A stretch of 32,000 bases of DNA, taken from Micromonospora sonneratiae. GTDB lineage: Bacteria; Actinomycetota; Actinomycetes; Mycobacteriales; Micromonosporaceae. The DNA lies in the NCBI RefSeq assembly GCF_042679305.1, contig NZ_JBHTMP010000029.1, positions 24,267 through 56,266 on the forward strand. The letters run 5' to 3'. Within the stretch, counting starts at the first letter, position 1. Every line of letters starts with the position of its first letter. A model generated the notes under the pieces. That model was not told the origin of the DNA and searched no databases. It was given only the letters and a program-made list of their open reading frames with translations. Position numbers and translations under genes: made by a program. Of this stretch, positions 1 through 8,200 are shown piece by piece.

Positions 1-385
1 ACGGGAACCGTCTCGACAGATCCCGCATGCGCGCCCGGTTCCGGCGGTGCACGGTGAGGAAGCTGCGTGCGCGTGGAATCGCCCGGCTGCGAGTCGTGGC
101 TCGGGCCAGGTGCCCCGGAAGCTGGCCGAGCGCTGGCAAGTAGTGGCGGCCGTCGAAGTTGTACGCCACCGTCGTCACCTCGTTCGCGGTCAACCCGGCT
201 TCGCCCAGAAGCCAGGCGACGGCGTTGGCGGGGTACGCGTTGCTGTGCTTGACCCCGTCGAGACGTTCCTCCTCAGCGAAGCCGATCAGGTGGCCGTTGA
301 CCAGGAGCGCCGCGGCCGAGTCGTGCGTGTAGGCGCAGAGCCCGAGTACCACCTCGACACCTCGTACGGATCGTTGCGCGATCAT
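1..385 (-). CDS. O-carbamoyltransferase, NodU/CmcH family (5' part only; gene runs off the left edge)
   Basis: Not in the supplied ORF track because it is open at the window edge. My minus-strand translation from ATG 385-383 reads MIAQRSVRGVEVVLGLCAYTHDSAAALLVNGHLIGFAEEERLDGVKHSNAYPANAVAWLLGEAGLTANEVTTVAYNFDG... This matches the conserved NodU/CmcH N-terminus (GL..YHDSAAAL..G.....EEER....KH...P). Its ATG overlaps the TGA of the upstream gene (ATGA, 382-385). Confidence 0.7.
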   Translation of the reverse strand, partial: MIAQRSVRGVEVVLGLCAYTHDSAAALLVNGHLIGFAEEERLDGVKHSNAYPANAVAWLLGEAGLTANEVTTVAYNFDGRHYLPALGQLPGHLARATTRSRAIPRARSFLTVHRRNRARMRDLSRRFP

Positions 386-1329
386 CGCCGGCCTCCCGGC
401 GCCGTTGAGGTGAGGTGGTCGTACCAGCTCGACAGGGCACCACCGAGCGGATCGGGGGTGTCGGCGACGAGCTTGCGTGCCTGTTCGCGCTCACCCGACT
501 TCCAGGCGCGGTAGCTGGCGAGGGTCCGGCCGAACGCGTCCCACGTCGGGCCGTCGTTGGGGCTGCTGTTGCCAGCGATTATGCGCTGGAGGAGGACATC
601 GAGGCCCGGCCAGGGCACGGCGACCGCGTCCAGTTCCGCCGTGCCCGCAGTGCCGTGCAAGGAGGCGGCGGCTGCCTGCGCGTTGTCGGCGTACAAGTGC
701 AGGGAGTCGACGTGGTGGTGGTACTCGCCCAGCTCGACACCGAGCCAGCCGGCCATCAACTCCTGGATCAGCGTGGTGGTGAAGATGTCGTACGGGAAGC
801 CGAGCCACAGATCCTGACTGCGCATGCTGGTGTGCATGATTAACCGGCCGTCCCGGATGAAGAACCGGTAGCCGAGGGTGCAGGGCACGTCCCGGTAACC
901 ACGATGATCCCGAGACGGGTCGTGGAGCTGGATCACCCCTCGCCGCGACTCCGGGTCCTCGTGGAGTTGCCGCCGTACCGCGTCGAGCTGGTCGACCCGG
1001 CCGTCCCACCGGCGCAGCCGTGGCCCGTACGCGCCGCGCAGCACACCGTCATCCGCGTAATTCCGCAGCCTGTCGTTGTAGTCGAAGATCCATGGGGAGT
1101 CAGAGCCGGAGAGGATCCAGAGTGCCTCCGCGACCGCGAAGGCGGGATTGATCACCCGGACGGGCGGTACGTCGACGAGCCGCCGCCGGGGGTTGGTCAG
1201 GCACAGGTGCGCGCCGATCACCTCGGTTGTGGCAAGGTCGCGGGGGCGGGCTATCCGGCCGTTGAGCAGCACAGCCTGGCAGGCGGCGGTGAACAGCTCA
1301 CTCGCTGAGTCGGCGGTCAACACGATCAT
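382..1329 (-). CDS. Thymidylate-synthase-fold pyrimidine-nucleotide C5 transferase, predicted cytosine-specific ((d)CMP hydroxymethylase-like)
   Basis: 315-aa ORF colinear with ThyA motifs: EALWILSGSDS, VDQLDAVRRQLHEDPESRR, catalytic Cys150 in DVPCTLGYRFF, MRSQDLWLGFPYDIFTT and DSLHLYADN. AAAGGAG lies 6 nt upstream of ATG 1329. Asp181 (codon 787-789) sits where ThyA has the uracil-selecting Asn. Confidence 0.85.
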   Translation of the reverse strand: MIVLTADSASELFTAACQAVLLNGRIARPRDLATTEVIGAHLCLTNPRRRLVDVPPVRVINPAFAVAEALWILSGSDSPWIFDYNDRLRNYADDGVLRGAYGPRLRRWDGRVDQLDAVRRQLHEDPESRRGVIQLHDPSRDHRGYRDVPCTLGYRFFIRDGRLIMHTSMRSQDLWLGFPYDIFTTTLIQELMAGWLGVELGEYHHHVDSLHLYADNAQAAAASLHGTAGTAELDAVAVPWPGLDVLLQRIIAGNSSPNDGPTWDAFGRTLASYRAWKSGEREQARKLVADTPDPLGGALSSWYDHLTSTAPGGRR

Positions 1330-1351
1330 GGGCAGGCTCCTTTACAGGGGG

Positions 1352-2323
1352 TCAGGAGGTGAAGGCCGCGAGCCGTTCACTGGGAAGGTCGACTAGCCAG
1401 GCCGCCTGGCGGGCGAGGCCCTCGCGGAGCCCGACAGTGGGCCAGTAGCCGAGCAACCGGCCGGCACGGGTCAGGTCGGCCGCAGTCGCGGGTACGTCGC
1501 CCGGTTGGGCGGTCACGACCTTCACTGGCACCTGGCGGCCGGTGACCCTGGTCACCTCGTCGATCACCGCGAGCATCGAGACACTTGCGCCGCCGCCGAC
1601 GTTGAGCACCGCCGCCTGGGCGTCGAGGTGCGCGGCGGCGAGGGTCGCGGAGACGACGTCGCTGACGTAAGTGAACTCGCGGCGCTGGCTGCCATCGCCG
1701 AACAGGGTGAGCGGAAAGCCGGTGTAGGCGGCGAACAGGATTCGGCCGATCGCCATGTCGGGTCGCTGCCGAGGCCCGTACACAGTGAAGTAGCGCAACG
1801 CGACGACACTGAGCGGGCTGTCGGCCCGCCGGGCGTAGGCGAGACCAAGTTGCTCGGCGGCGAGCTTGCTCACTCCGTACGGGGAGACCGGGCTGGTCGG
1901 ATCGCCTTCGCGGCTTGGCCGGTCGGCCGGGCCGTAGACGCTCGACGAGGAGGCGACGATCAGCCGGCGGACACCCTGGCGGGTGCAGGCATCGAGCAAC
2001 CGGTGGGTGCCCAGCACGTTGGCCTGGGTGTAGTCGAGGAACTCGCGACTCCACGACTGCCGCACACCGGGCCGCGCGGCGAGGTGGAAAACGGTGTCGC
2101 AGCCGGCAACCGCGTCGTCGAGCTGGTCGGTGGCCAGGTCCAGGCAGTACGGCGTGAACAGCGGATTGGCGACGGCCCTTGCCAGGTTCTCGTCCGCGAG
2201 GGCGTGCTCGCCGAGCCGGCGGCGATCCAGGCCGGCGACCCTGATACCTCTGGCCAACAGCGCGTCGACCAGGTGTGAGCCGATGAACCCGGCCGCGCCG
2301 GTAACCAGGACGCGGGACATCAT
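1352..2323 (-). CDS. NAD-dependent NDP-sugar epimerase/dehydratase (extended SDR)
   Basis: 323 aa. Rossmann motif VLVTGAAGFIGSHL, Ser-rich SSSSVYG and catalytic YGVSK (YxxxK). GAAGGAAGGA RBS upstream. Start overlaps the stop of the upstream 60-aa ORF. Confidence 0.9.
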   Translation of the reverse strand: MMSRVLVTGAAGFIGSHLVDALLARGIRVAGLDRRRLGEHALADENLARAVANPLFTPYCLDLATDQLDDAVAGCDTVFHLAARPGVRQSWSREFLDYTQANVLGTHRLLDACTRQGVRRLIVASSSSVYGPADRPSREGDPTSPVSPYGVSKLAAEQLGLAYARRADSPLSVVALRYFTVYGPRQRPDMAIGRILFAAYTGFPLTLFGDGSQRREFTYVSDVVSATLAAAHLDAQAAVLNVGGGASVSMLAVIDEVTRVTGRQVPVKVVTAQPGDVPATAADLTRAGRLLGYWPTVGLREGLARQAAWLVDLPSERLAAFTS

Positions 2324-2502
2324 CGGTGGTCCTTCCTTCGCGGGTTCCGTGCGAAGAGCTGGTGCCAGACGTGGGTGTACAGGGGTGGGTCGATCTGTGG
2401 GAGCACGATCCGATCGGTCACGATCAGCGCGTCCGGTCGAGCCGAGCCGGTGGAACCGTCGACCGCCGACGCCGTGGCGTTGCGGGAGAGGTAGAGCGTC
2501 AT
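2320..2502 (-). CDS. Hypothetical 60-aa protein, first gene of the operon
   Basis: Internal ATG 2502 of the 2320..2631 ORF, preceded by GGAGGTG with 8-nt spacing. The N-terminal extension to 2631 is Arg/Pro-rich and looks non-coding. TGA overlaps the epimerase ATG. No family recognised (MTLYLSRNATASAVDGSTGSARPDALIVTDRIVLPQIDPPLYTHVWHQLFARNPRRKDHR). Confidence 0.4.
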   Translation of the reverse strand: MTLYLSRNATASAVDGSTGSARPDALIVTDRIVLPQIDPPLYTHVWHQLFARNPRRKDHR

Positions 2503-2954
2503 CGCGTTCTCACCTCCGGCCTGCGTAGGCCATAGGCGAGACGACGAGGGCGGACACCGGATTCGCCTGGTCGTCCGCCGGTGTGGCGGGCCCGCCGGAA
2601 GGATGGCGGGGCCGCCACGGAGAGGCGGCACCTGGGAGCACCCCGCCGGTCACCCGCCCGCGCAGCCCCGATGGCGGTACGCGGGCGAGGAAACAACCTC
2701 ACGGAACCGAAGCCGACCGCCACCACGGCGACGGAGCCCAGTGCAGGCGAAATCTGGTCGGTCCTGATAAATATGTCCACCATGAACCCCAGCCGTTGAC
2801 GATCGGGTCGGCGACCACCGGCGCCACCGAGTAACGGCAGCGTTCGATGCTCGGCATCAGTGAACCGTCCACAGCCGTGGACCGGTACCGTCCACTACCC
2901 GTCCAGTCGCAACCAGGTAGTGACGACCCGTAACCCCACTGGCTAGCGTGATCC

Positions 2955-4319
2955 ATGTCGACAGACGAAGCCCGGAGGTACGCGATGGCGGTACGGCGCT
3001 ATCCCCCGAACCGGCGGCTCGCGTGGGAGAGACTCCAACGTGGCTGGTCCTACGAGGAGATCACCGAACGCATCCGTACCGAGATGAGCCGAACCGGCGA
3101 AACCGACACCGGGCTCAACGCCAACACCGTCCGACGCTGGGAGATCGGCGAGCGGTGGCCGGACCCGCGCTACCGCAAGCACCTCGTCGCGATCCTCGGC
3201 AAGCCGGCGAGTGACCTCGGCCTGCTCACCCCCGACGAGCTGGCCGTACGCCCGGACGCGGAAACGCTGCACGAGTTCAGGAGGTTGTGGGACATGCTCA
3301 CCGGAGACGACAACGGCAACGGTTGGGACCGCGCGTCCGTACTACGCGCTCTCGTCGGTGCCAGCATGCTGCCCCTGGTCGCGCCACTGCTGTCCCTCGA
3401 CCCCGAAGCCGCATACGCCGACGGCAAGACCATCGACCCCGACGCGTACCGGCAGATCGTGCGCTGTCAGCGCGAGCTGTACTGGACCAGCCCGGCCCGG
3501 CCGCTTTACGAGGCCGCCTATGCGCATACCCAGCTCGGTATCGGGCTCATGCGCGCCGCTGCCGGTATCAGCCGCGCCAGTCTCGCCAGCGCCCTCGCGG
3601 AATCCGCGCTGCTCACTGCCCGGCTCGCCTTCTTCGACCTCAGCCAACCCGCCATCGCCGAACGCTGCTACGACGTCGCCCTCGCCGCCACCCGCGAAGC
3701 TGGCGACCACGCCTTGGCCGCAGCCGTCCTCGGTCATATGGCGTTCGTCCCCGCCTTCGGCCACGACCCGGCCAGCGCCCGGCCGCTGATCGACGCGGCC
3801 CTCCAGCACACCTGGCATGGCGTCAGCCCCATGGTCCGCTCCTGGCTGCACTGCGTCGCCTCCGAGGTGGAGGTGCGAGCCGGGGCGGCAGCCGCCAGCC
3901 GCCATCACATCGATCTGGCGGCGGGGGCGATCGACGGCGACTCCACTCCGCCGGAGTGGCTCGACTTCTACGACAACGGCCGCCTGCACTCCTTTGCCGG
4001 GTACGCCGCCCTCGCCAGCGGCGACCACCGCGAAGCCGTCGGCCAGCTCGACCGGGCGCTAGCCGGGCTCATCGGCACCAGCGCCAAGCAGCGCAGCGTT
4101 GTCCTCGCTGATCTCGCCACCGCGCACGGCAGTGACGGCGACCGGGCCGCCGACTACCTCAACCAGGCCGTTGACGCCCTCCACACCGACTGGTACGGCA
4201 CCGGCCTCGACCGGGTCCGCGCCGTCCGGCCCGTACTCGGTGACAGTCGGCACGGTGCCCGGCTCGACGAGCGGGTCGCCGCTCTCACCGCCGGCCGGGC
4301 GGCTCTTCCGGGTAGTTAG
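2955..4319 (+). CDS. XRE-family HTH transcriptional regulator with long alpha-helical TPR-like C-terminal domain
   Basis: 454 aa. The N-terminus (RRLAWERLQRGWSYEEITERI...NANTVRRWEIGERWPDPRYRKHLVAILG) is a typical actinobacterial HTH_31/XRE motif. The C-terminal 300 aa are Ala/Leu-rich helical repeats. Divergent from the 1-2502 operon across a 450-bp intergenic region. Confidence 0.8.
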   Translation: MSTDEARRYAMAVRRYPPNRRLAWERLQRGWSYEEITERIRTEMSRTGETDTGLNANTVRRWEIGERWPDPRYRKHLVAILGKPASDLGLLTPDELAVRPDAETLHEFRRLWDMLTGDDNGNGWDRASVLRALVGASMLPLVAPLLSLDPEAAYADGKTIDPDAYRQIVRCQRELYWTSPARPLYEAAYAHTQLGIGLMRAAAGISRASLASALAESALLTARLAFFDLSQPAIAERCYDVALAATREAGDHALAAAVLGHMAFVPAFGHDPASARPLIDAALQHTWHGVSPMVRSWLHCVASEVEVRAGAAAASRHHIDLAAGAIDGDSTPPEWLDFYDNGRLHSFAGYAALASGDHREAVGQLDRALAGLIGTSAKQRSVVLADLATAHGSDGDRAADYLNQAVDALHTDWYGTGLDRVRAVRPVLGDSRHGARLDERVAALTAGRAALPGS

Positions 4320-4972
4320 CCGGCTGACTCGTTGTGCTTGCGCACGAGGTCGGGCAGCTCAGCAAGCGAGTCAAACTGGAACAGGCAGCGGTCGCTGATC
4401 GCCCTGTCGTTGAGGATGTACCCCCACGGGCCGCGACGGACCAGGGCGGTCGCGATACCCGCCTCCTGCGCCGGCCGGATGTCGTTGTCCAACCGGTCGC
4501 CGACGTAGAGCACCTGGCCTGCCGGGCAGCCTGCCTCGGCTACCACCCGGTCGAAGAACGCCGCGGACGGCTTCTCCACACCCCAGCCGTCCGACGTGCC
4601 GATCACGTCGACCGGCAGGTCCAGGGCACGCAGGATCGTCTCCGCCCGCGCAGTCTGGTTACCGGCCAGGCCGACGCGCAGCCCTGACTCGCGCAGCGCG
4701 GCCAGGCACGGTCGGGCATCCGGGTACAGGTCTTCCTCGGTGAACGACTCCGGCTGTCCCGTCGCCGTCCGGCGCTGCCGCTCCACGGCCAGGTCGAACC
4801 CCGGCCGGAACACCTGAAACGTCTCGCGGTAGTCGAGGCCGCGAGCGATCACCGCCCCGAAGACGGCCGAGAAGGTGTGGCGCGGTACGCCGATCCAGTC
4901 CGCCCAGGTCCCGTACTCCCGGGACTCGTCAACGATCGTCTCACCCACATCGAAGAACACGCTCGTGATCAC
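4316..4972 (-). CDS. HAD-superfamily hydrolase (subfamily IA-like)
   Basis: 218 aa. Motif I FFDVGETIV, and motif IV VLYVGDRLDNDIRPAQEAG. The convergent stop overlaps the regulator stop by 4 nt. Confidence 0.85.
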   Translation of the reverse strand: MITSVFFDVGETIVDESREYGTWADWIGVPRHTFSAVFGAVIARGLDYRETFQVFRPGFDLAVERQRRTATGQPESFTEEDLYPDARPCLAALRESGLRVGLAGNQTARAETILRALDLPVDVIGTSDGWGVEKPSAAFFDRVVAEAGCPAGQVLYVGDRLDNDIRPAQEAGIATALVRRGPWGYILNDRAISDRCLFQFDSLAELPDLVRKHNESAG

Positions 4973-5645
4973 CTCTTGATTGTGCCCTCGCGCACGGAGA
5001 GTGATCTACGGGGGTCTGCGTGCCTGGAGAAGGTGGGTGCAGACGAGGCAGGCTCGGCTCGCCAGCGATGACCGCGAGGACGTACGGACGGAGCTTCGCG
5101 GAAAAGTCGGCACAGTTGTGTTGCCCGGACGTTAGGCACCACCGTCGGACCACCACGTACCCGGCCGGGCGGATCGATCCGCGTGGTACCGGATGTATGT
5201 TCCCCGTGCGGCTGTCCTGATCGCCAGGCCCCATAGGTCGATGCGTGGGCGCTCCGTAGGAGCGCTTGCTTTCGTTCTGCGCTCGCTTGAGCGGGCCGGT
5301 CGATCGGGTGCCGAGCGAGCTACAGGAGGCCGAAATGAAGGGTCTTCTTCCGGCGGGATGAGCCGAGGCCCCACCCGACTGCCGCATGTCGAGCGGCCGT
5401 AGGAGTGCCCTGTCACGGGTTGTGCCGGCCCCGGGTGCCGGTGCTGACGTCAGTCGCCTGTCCATTGCCGTCCATCTTTGTTCCCGCGACCGTGTCGCTC
5501 GCCCTGATGGACGTTTCAGAATGACACCACGCCCAGATGATCGGGTGGAACGATTACCACGGGGTGGGCTTTGTGGCATCAAGATCTACGCTGGCAGAGA
5601 AGATGGCGCTATGTAGCAACTAGCCAGGTTAACTTGCGACAGTGG

Positions 5646-6590
5646 CTACTGTCCGTGCCAAAGCGTGGCGCGGTTGCCGCTTAGTAGAAGCCGGAGCCTA
5701 TGCGTGAGTTCGTCTTTGAGTCTGACGTCGTCTGGGGCGAGGCGAATGAGGGCAGTGAGGGTGCTCAACTCACGTATGTCGAGGAGAACATTGTAACCGT
5801 CCCATAGGCGCAGGTCGTAGCCGTATGCGCGGGCGAAGAGGTCCACCGTGGCGGGAGATGTGCCGAAGCGGGGCTCCGCATAGGTGGGAATTAGGTCGAC
5901 CTCGCGCGGCCCGATGGAGACGGAGTCCCAGTCACCTAGCACGACGGAGTTACGATGACCATCGGTGTTCCATAGGAGATTGCCGACATAGAGGTCGGAA
6001 TGGATGAGGCCGCCCCCGAGTGGAAAGTCCAGCTGGTTGAAGGCCGCGCGTAGTTCATCGATGCGGACGGTCAACCACGCGTGCTCTTGATCTGTGACCG
6101 CAAGCCGGGCTGCAGGATCGGCGAGCGTTGCAGCTAATGATCGTAGTGGTTTGTAGTGAGGTAAATCCACTGAGGGGATAGGTAGTTTATGCAGCCGCGA
6201 AGCGATATGGCCGAGCGCCCTTGTGTCCGGCCAGCCGATGCCGGCGGGCTGCGGGTAGTAGCGCCAGAAGGTCACGACCACGGGGTGGCTGCAGGATTGG
6301 AAAATCATGGGCTGGTCAGCGCCGCTGGGGAGATCAGCGGGGGCGACGGTTGGGAATTCCTGCTGGATTAGCCCACGTATCACCTTAATAGAGGTTGTCG
6401 CCTTGGTGGTCGCACCTTCCCCGTATCCAATCCGAGCGACGACGGGAGCGCCGTCCAAGAGGTAAACGGCGTTCGCGAAGTGGCGGAGGAGCTTTGCGCC
6501 TGGCGGATATCCGGCCCGTTGACACGCCTGGTCCAGCAGACCCAATAGATCGGCAGGTGGGCGATTCGGGACGCGTTCATTTGTGGTCAC
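5646..6590 (-). CDS. APH-fold phosphotransferase (aminoglycoside phosphotransferase / kinase-like family)
   Basis: 314 aa. Catalytic loop GLIHSDLYVGNLLW (HxDxxxxN) and metal-binding VLGDWDSVSIGPREVDL. GTG start overlaps the upstream TGA (GTGA at 6587-6590). GC is lower than the flanking DNA. Confidence 0.85.
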   Translation of the reverse strand: MTTNERVPNRPPADLLGLLDQACQRAGYPPGAKLLRHFANAVYLLDGAPVVARIGYGEGATTKATTSIKVIRGLIQQEFPTVAPADLPSGADQPMIFQSCSHPVVVTFWRYYPQPAGIGWPDTRALGHIASRLHKLPIPSVDLPHYKPLRSLAATLADPAARLAVTDQEHAWLTVRIDELRAAFNQLDFPLGGGLIHSDLYVGNLLWNTDGHRNSVVLGDWDSVSIGPREVDLIPTYAEPRFGTSPATVDLFARAYGYDLRLWDGYNVLLDIRELSTLTALIRLAPDDVRLKDELTHRLRLLLSGNRATLWHGQ

Positions 6591-8002
6591 GAGGTGATCT
6601 CGCTACTGCTGCGGAAGCAGTTATCCCGTATATCATTGATCGTCTCGCGCATTGATTTCGCGATTTCGGAGCCGCGATATCTTGGTAACTCTAGTTCACG
6701 TCGGAGTTCGGACAAGGGCTGAAGAAGCGCCGGAATCTGCAACGACGGTGGCAATCTATAGACGACATCGAGCGCCTGGGCAGCACCGTCCAGGTCAACG
6801 CTGGGCTGGCGAACGCGGGCAGTGGAGACGTCAACCCAGGCGAGGGCTTCATCACCGTACGAGCGCTGGGTGGATGGTCCGCTTGCGTAGGCGCTGATTG
6901 TGGCGAGCGCGGTTCGCTCGGCGGCGGCTGGGCTGCCGATCCGCAGGAAGGCGGAACCGTCGTAGAAGTGTTGCTTGGCCAGTGCGAACGTCAAGATCCC
7001 GCCCAACTCGTCGAGCTCGTCCAGTTCGTCAGTGTATCGAGCCTCGATTAGGTCGCGAGCGGCAGAGGCGCGATCCATGGCTTCTATGGCCGCAGCGGTG
7101 TGACCCATCCGGCCATATGCGCGAGCCTCGATGCTGGCCAGCCGCACAAGGACTGTGCCAGGTATTTGCGCCTTCTGTGCATGGGTAAGGGCTTCTGCGG
7201 CGAACCGCAAACCCTCCTCTGGTCTGCCGTACCACTCACTGGTCATCGCCTGGTTGCCCAACACCCACGCTGTAAGTGTCTCGTTGTCGGCTTTCTCTGC
7301 GCACGCCAACGCGGCCTGTGCTTGGACTCTGGCTGCGTGTGGAAAGCCGAGGTCGCCCGAGGCATAGGCAAGCATCGCGCAAGTGGCGCCTGCGAGGAAA
7401 TACATGTCCTGTAGACGAGCAGGATCCGGCCGGTCTCTGATAAGCGAAAATAGGTCGTCACGCAGGTTTACAAGCTCCCGGAAGACCGGCGTTAGAGGGG
7501 AGTTGACGTAGTCGTGAGCCAAAGCAGCGACCCGTGCCCGTAACGATGTCAGAGGCCGCTCACCGATCCGAATCGAGTCAGCCCACATGGCGAACTCCGA
7601 TGACCTGCGAGACGCGGCGTCTACTATGTCCAGCGATTGAGGATCGCGCGGCAGGCTATCATCTGAGCTCGGCGGCTTGGCATCATCGGTTGCTAGTAAG
7701 TGATCAATAGCGTAGCCAAACTCGGCTTCCACGACTCGACATGTACTCGGTCGAGGCTCGGTGCCCACGTCGCCAGCTAGCCACCGGTCGAGTTGCCGAA
7801 GGCTTAGTGCGAAGTCGCGTATCCCAAGTGCTTGCGCCTTCCTGTTAAGGGCTTCCAAGGTCTGCTCACGAGTCAGGCGGCGTTGCCTCATGAGCCGTTG
7901 CATTCGTGTGATGCGCTGCCGGGCGGCCATAGCATCCCTCTCCAAAGCTGAGAAGTAGTTGCTGGCGGGCACACCGTAGCGAAAGCTATGTGGTGCCATC
8001 AT
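6587..8002 (-). CDS. XRE-family HTH regulator with TPR-like C-terminal domain (paralogue type of 2955..4319)
   Basis: 471 aa. N-terminal HTH region LTREQTLEALNRKAQALGIRDFALSLRQLDRWLAGDVGTEPRPSTCRVVEAEFG. Helical-repeat C-terminus (MYFLAGATCAMLAYASGDLG..., AQAALACAEKADNETLTAW...). Confidence 0.8.
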   Translation of the reverse strand: MMAPHSFRYGVPASNYFSALERDAMAARQRITRMQRLMRQRRLTREQTLEALNRKAQALGIRDFALSLRQLDRWLAGDVGTEPRPSTCRVVEAEFGYAIDHLLATDDAKPPSSDDSLPRDPQSLDIVDAASRRSSEFAMWADSIRIGERPLTSLRARVAALAHDYVNSPLTPVFRELVNLRDDLFSLIRDRPDPARLQDMYFLAGATCAMLAYASGDLGFPHAARVQAQAALACAEKADNETLTAWVLGNQAMTSEWYGRPEEGLRFAAEALTHAQKAQIPGTVLVRLASIEARAYGRMGHTAAAIEAMDRASAARDLIEARYTDELDELDELGGILTFALAKQHFYDGSAFLRIGSPAAAERTALATISAYASGPSTQRSYGDEALAWVDVSTARVRQPSVDLDGAAQALDVVYRLPPSLQIPALLQPLSELRRELELPRYRGSEIAKSMRETINDIRDNCFRSSSEITS

Positions 8003-8200
8003 CCTGTATCGCGAGCAAAATATTCGCGACTGGCGATAATTTTAGTGGGTTGTCGGTCTTCTTGTCAGTAGCGGCAGCCTTAGGGCAGCCAAAGGTCAGT
8101 GCGCCGCCGTTTCGACGTCAGCGGCTGGCGGCCAATGATCGAGCCTTCCGCGGTCCTTGCGACGAGGCGCGGTGGTGGGCGGTTTCAGGAAGGGGGATGC

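Noticed and set aside
47-514. 155-aa plus-strand ORF at the left edge
   Set aside because: It overlaps the clearly recognisable minus-strand carbamoyltransferase N-terminus and the end of the ThyA-like gene. Its product is Arg/Gly/Val-rich with no motif.
4941-5582. 213-aa minus ORF filling the 4973-5645 gap
   Set aside because: The composition is Arg/Ser/Pro/Gly-rich, it has no motif, it overlaps the HAD start and it has poor codon bias. I treat it as non-coding. The gap is reported as unassigned instead.
4973-5645. Possible RNase P RNA, tmRNA or SRP RNA in the large gap
   Set aside because: I could not find the conserved cores: GAGGAAAGTCCGG for RNase P, or a tRNA-like GGTTCGA..CCACCA end with a tag ORF for tmRNA. 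There is no positive evidence.
8007-8038. Two TCGCGA boxes 15 bp apart just upstream of the second HTH-TPR gene, considered as an autoregulatory operator
   Set aside because: The 6-bp self-palindromes are common in GC-rich DNA, and they lie within 7-30 nt of the start codon. The evidence is too weak to call.
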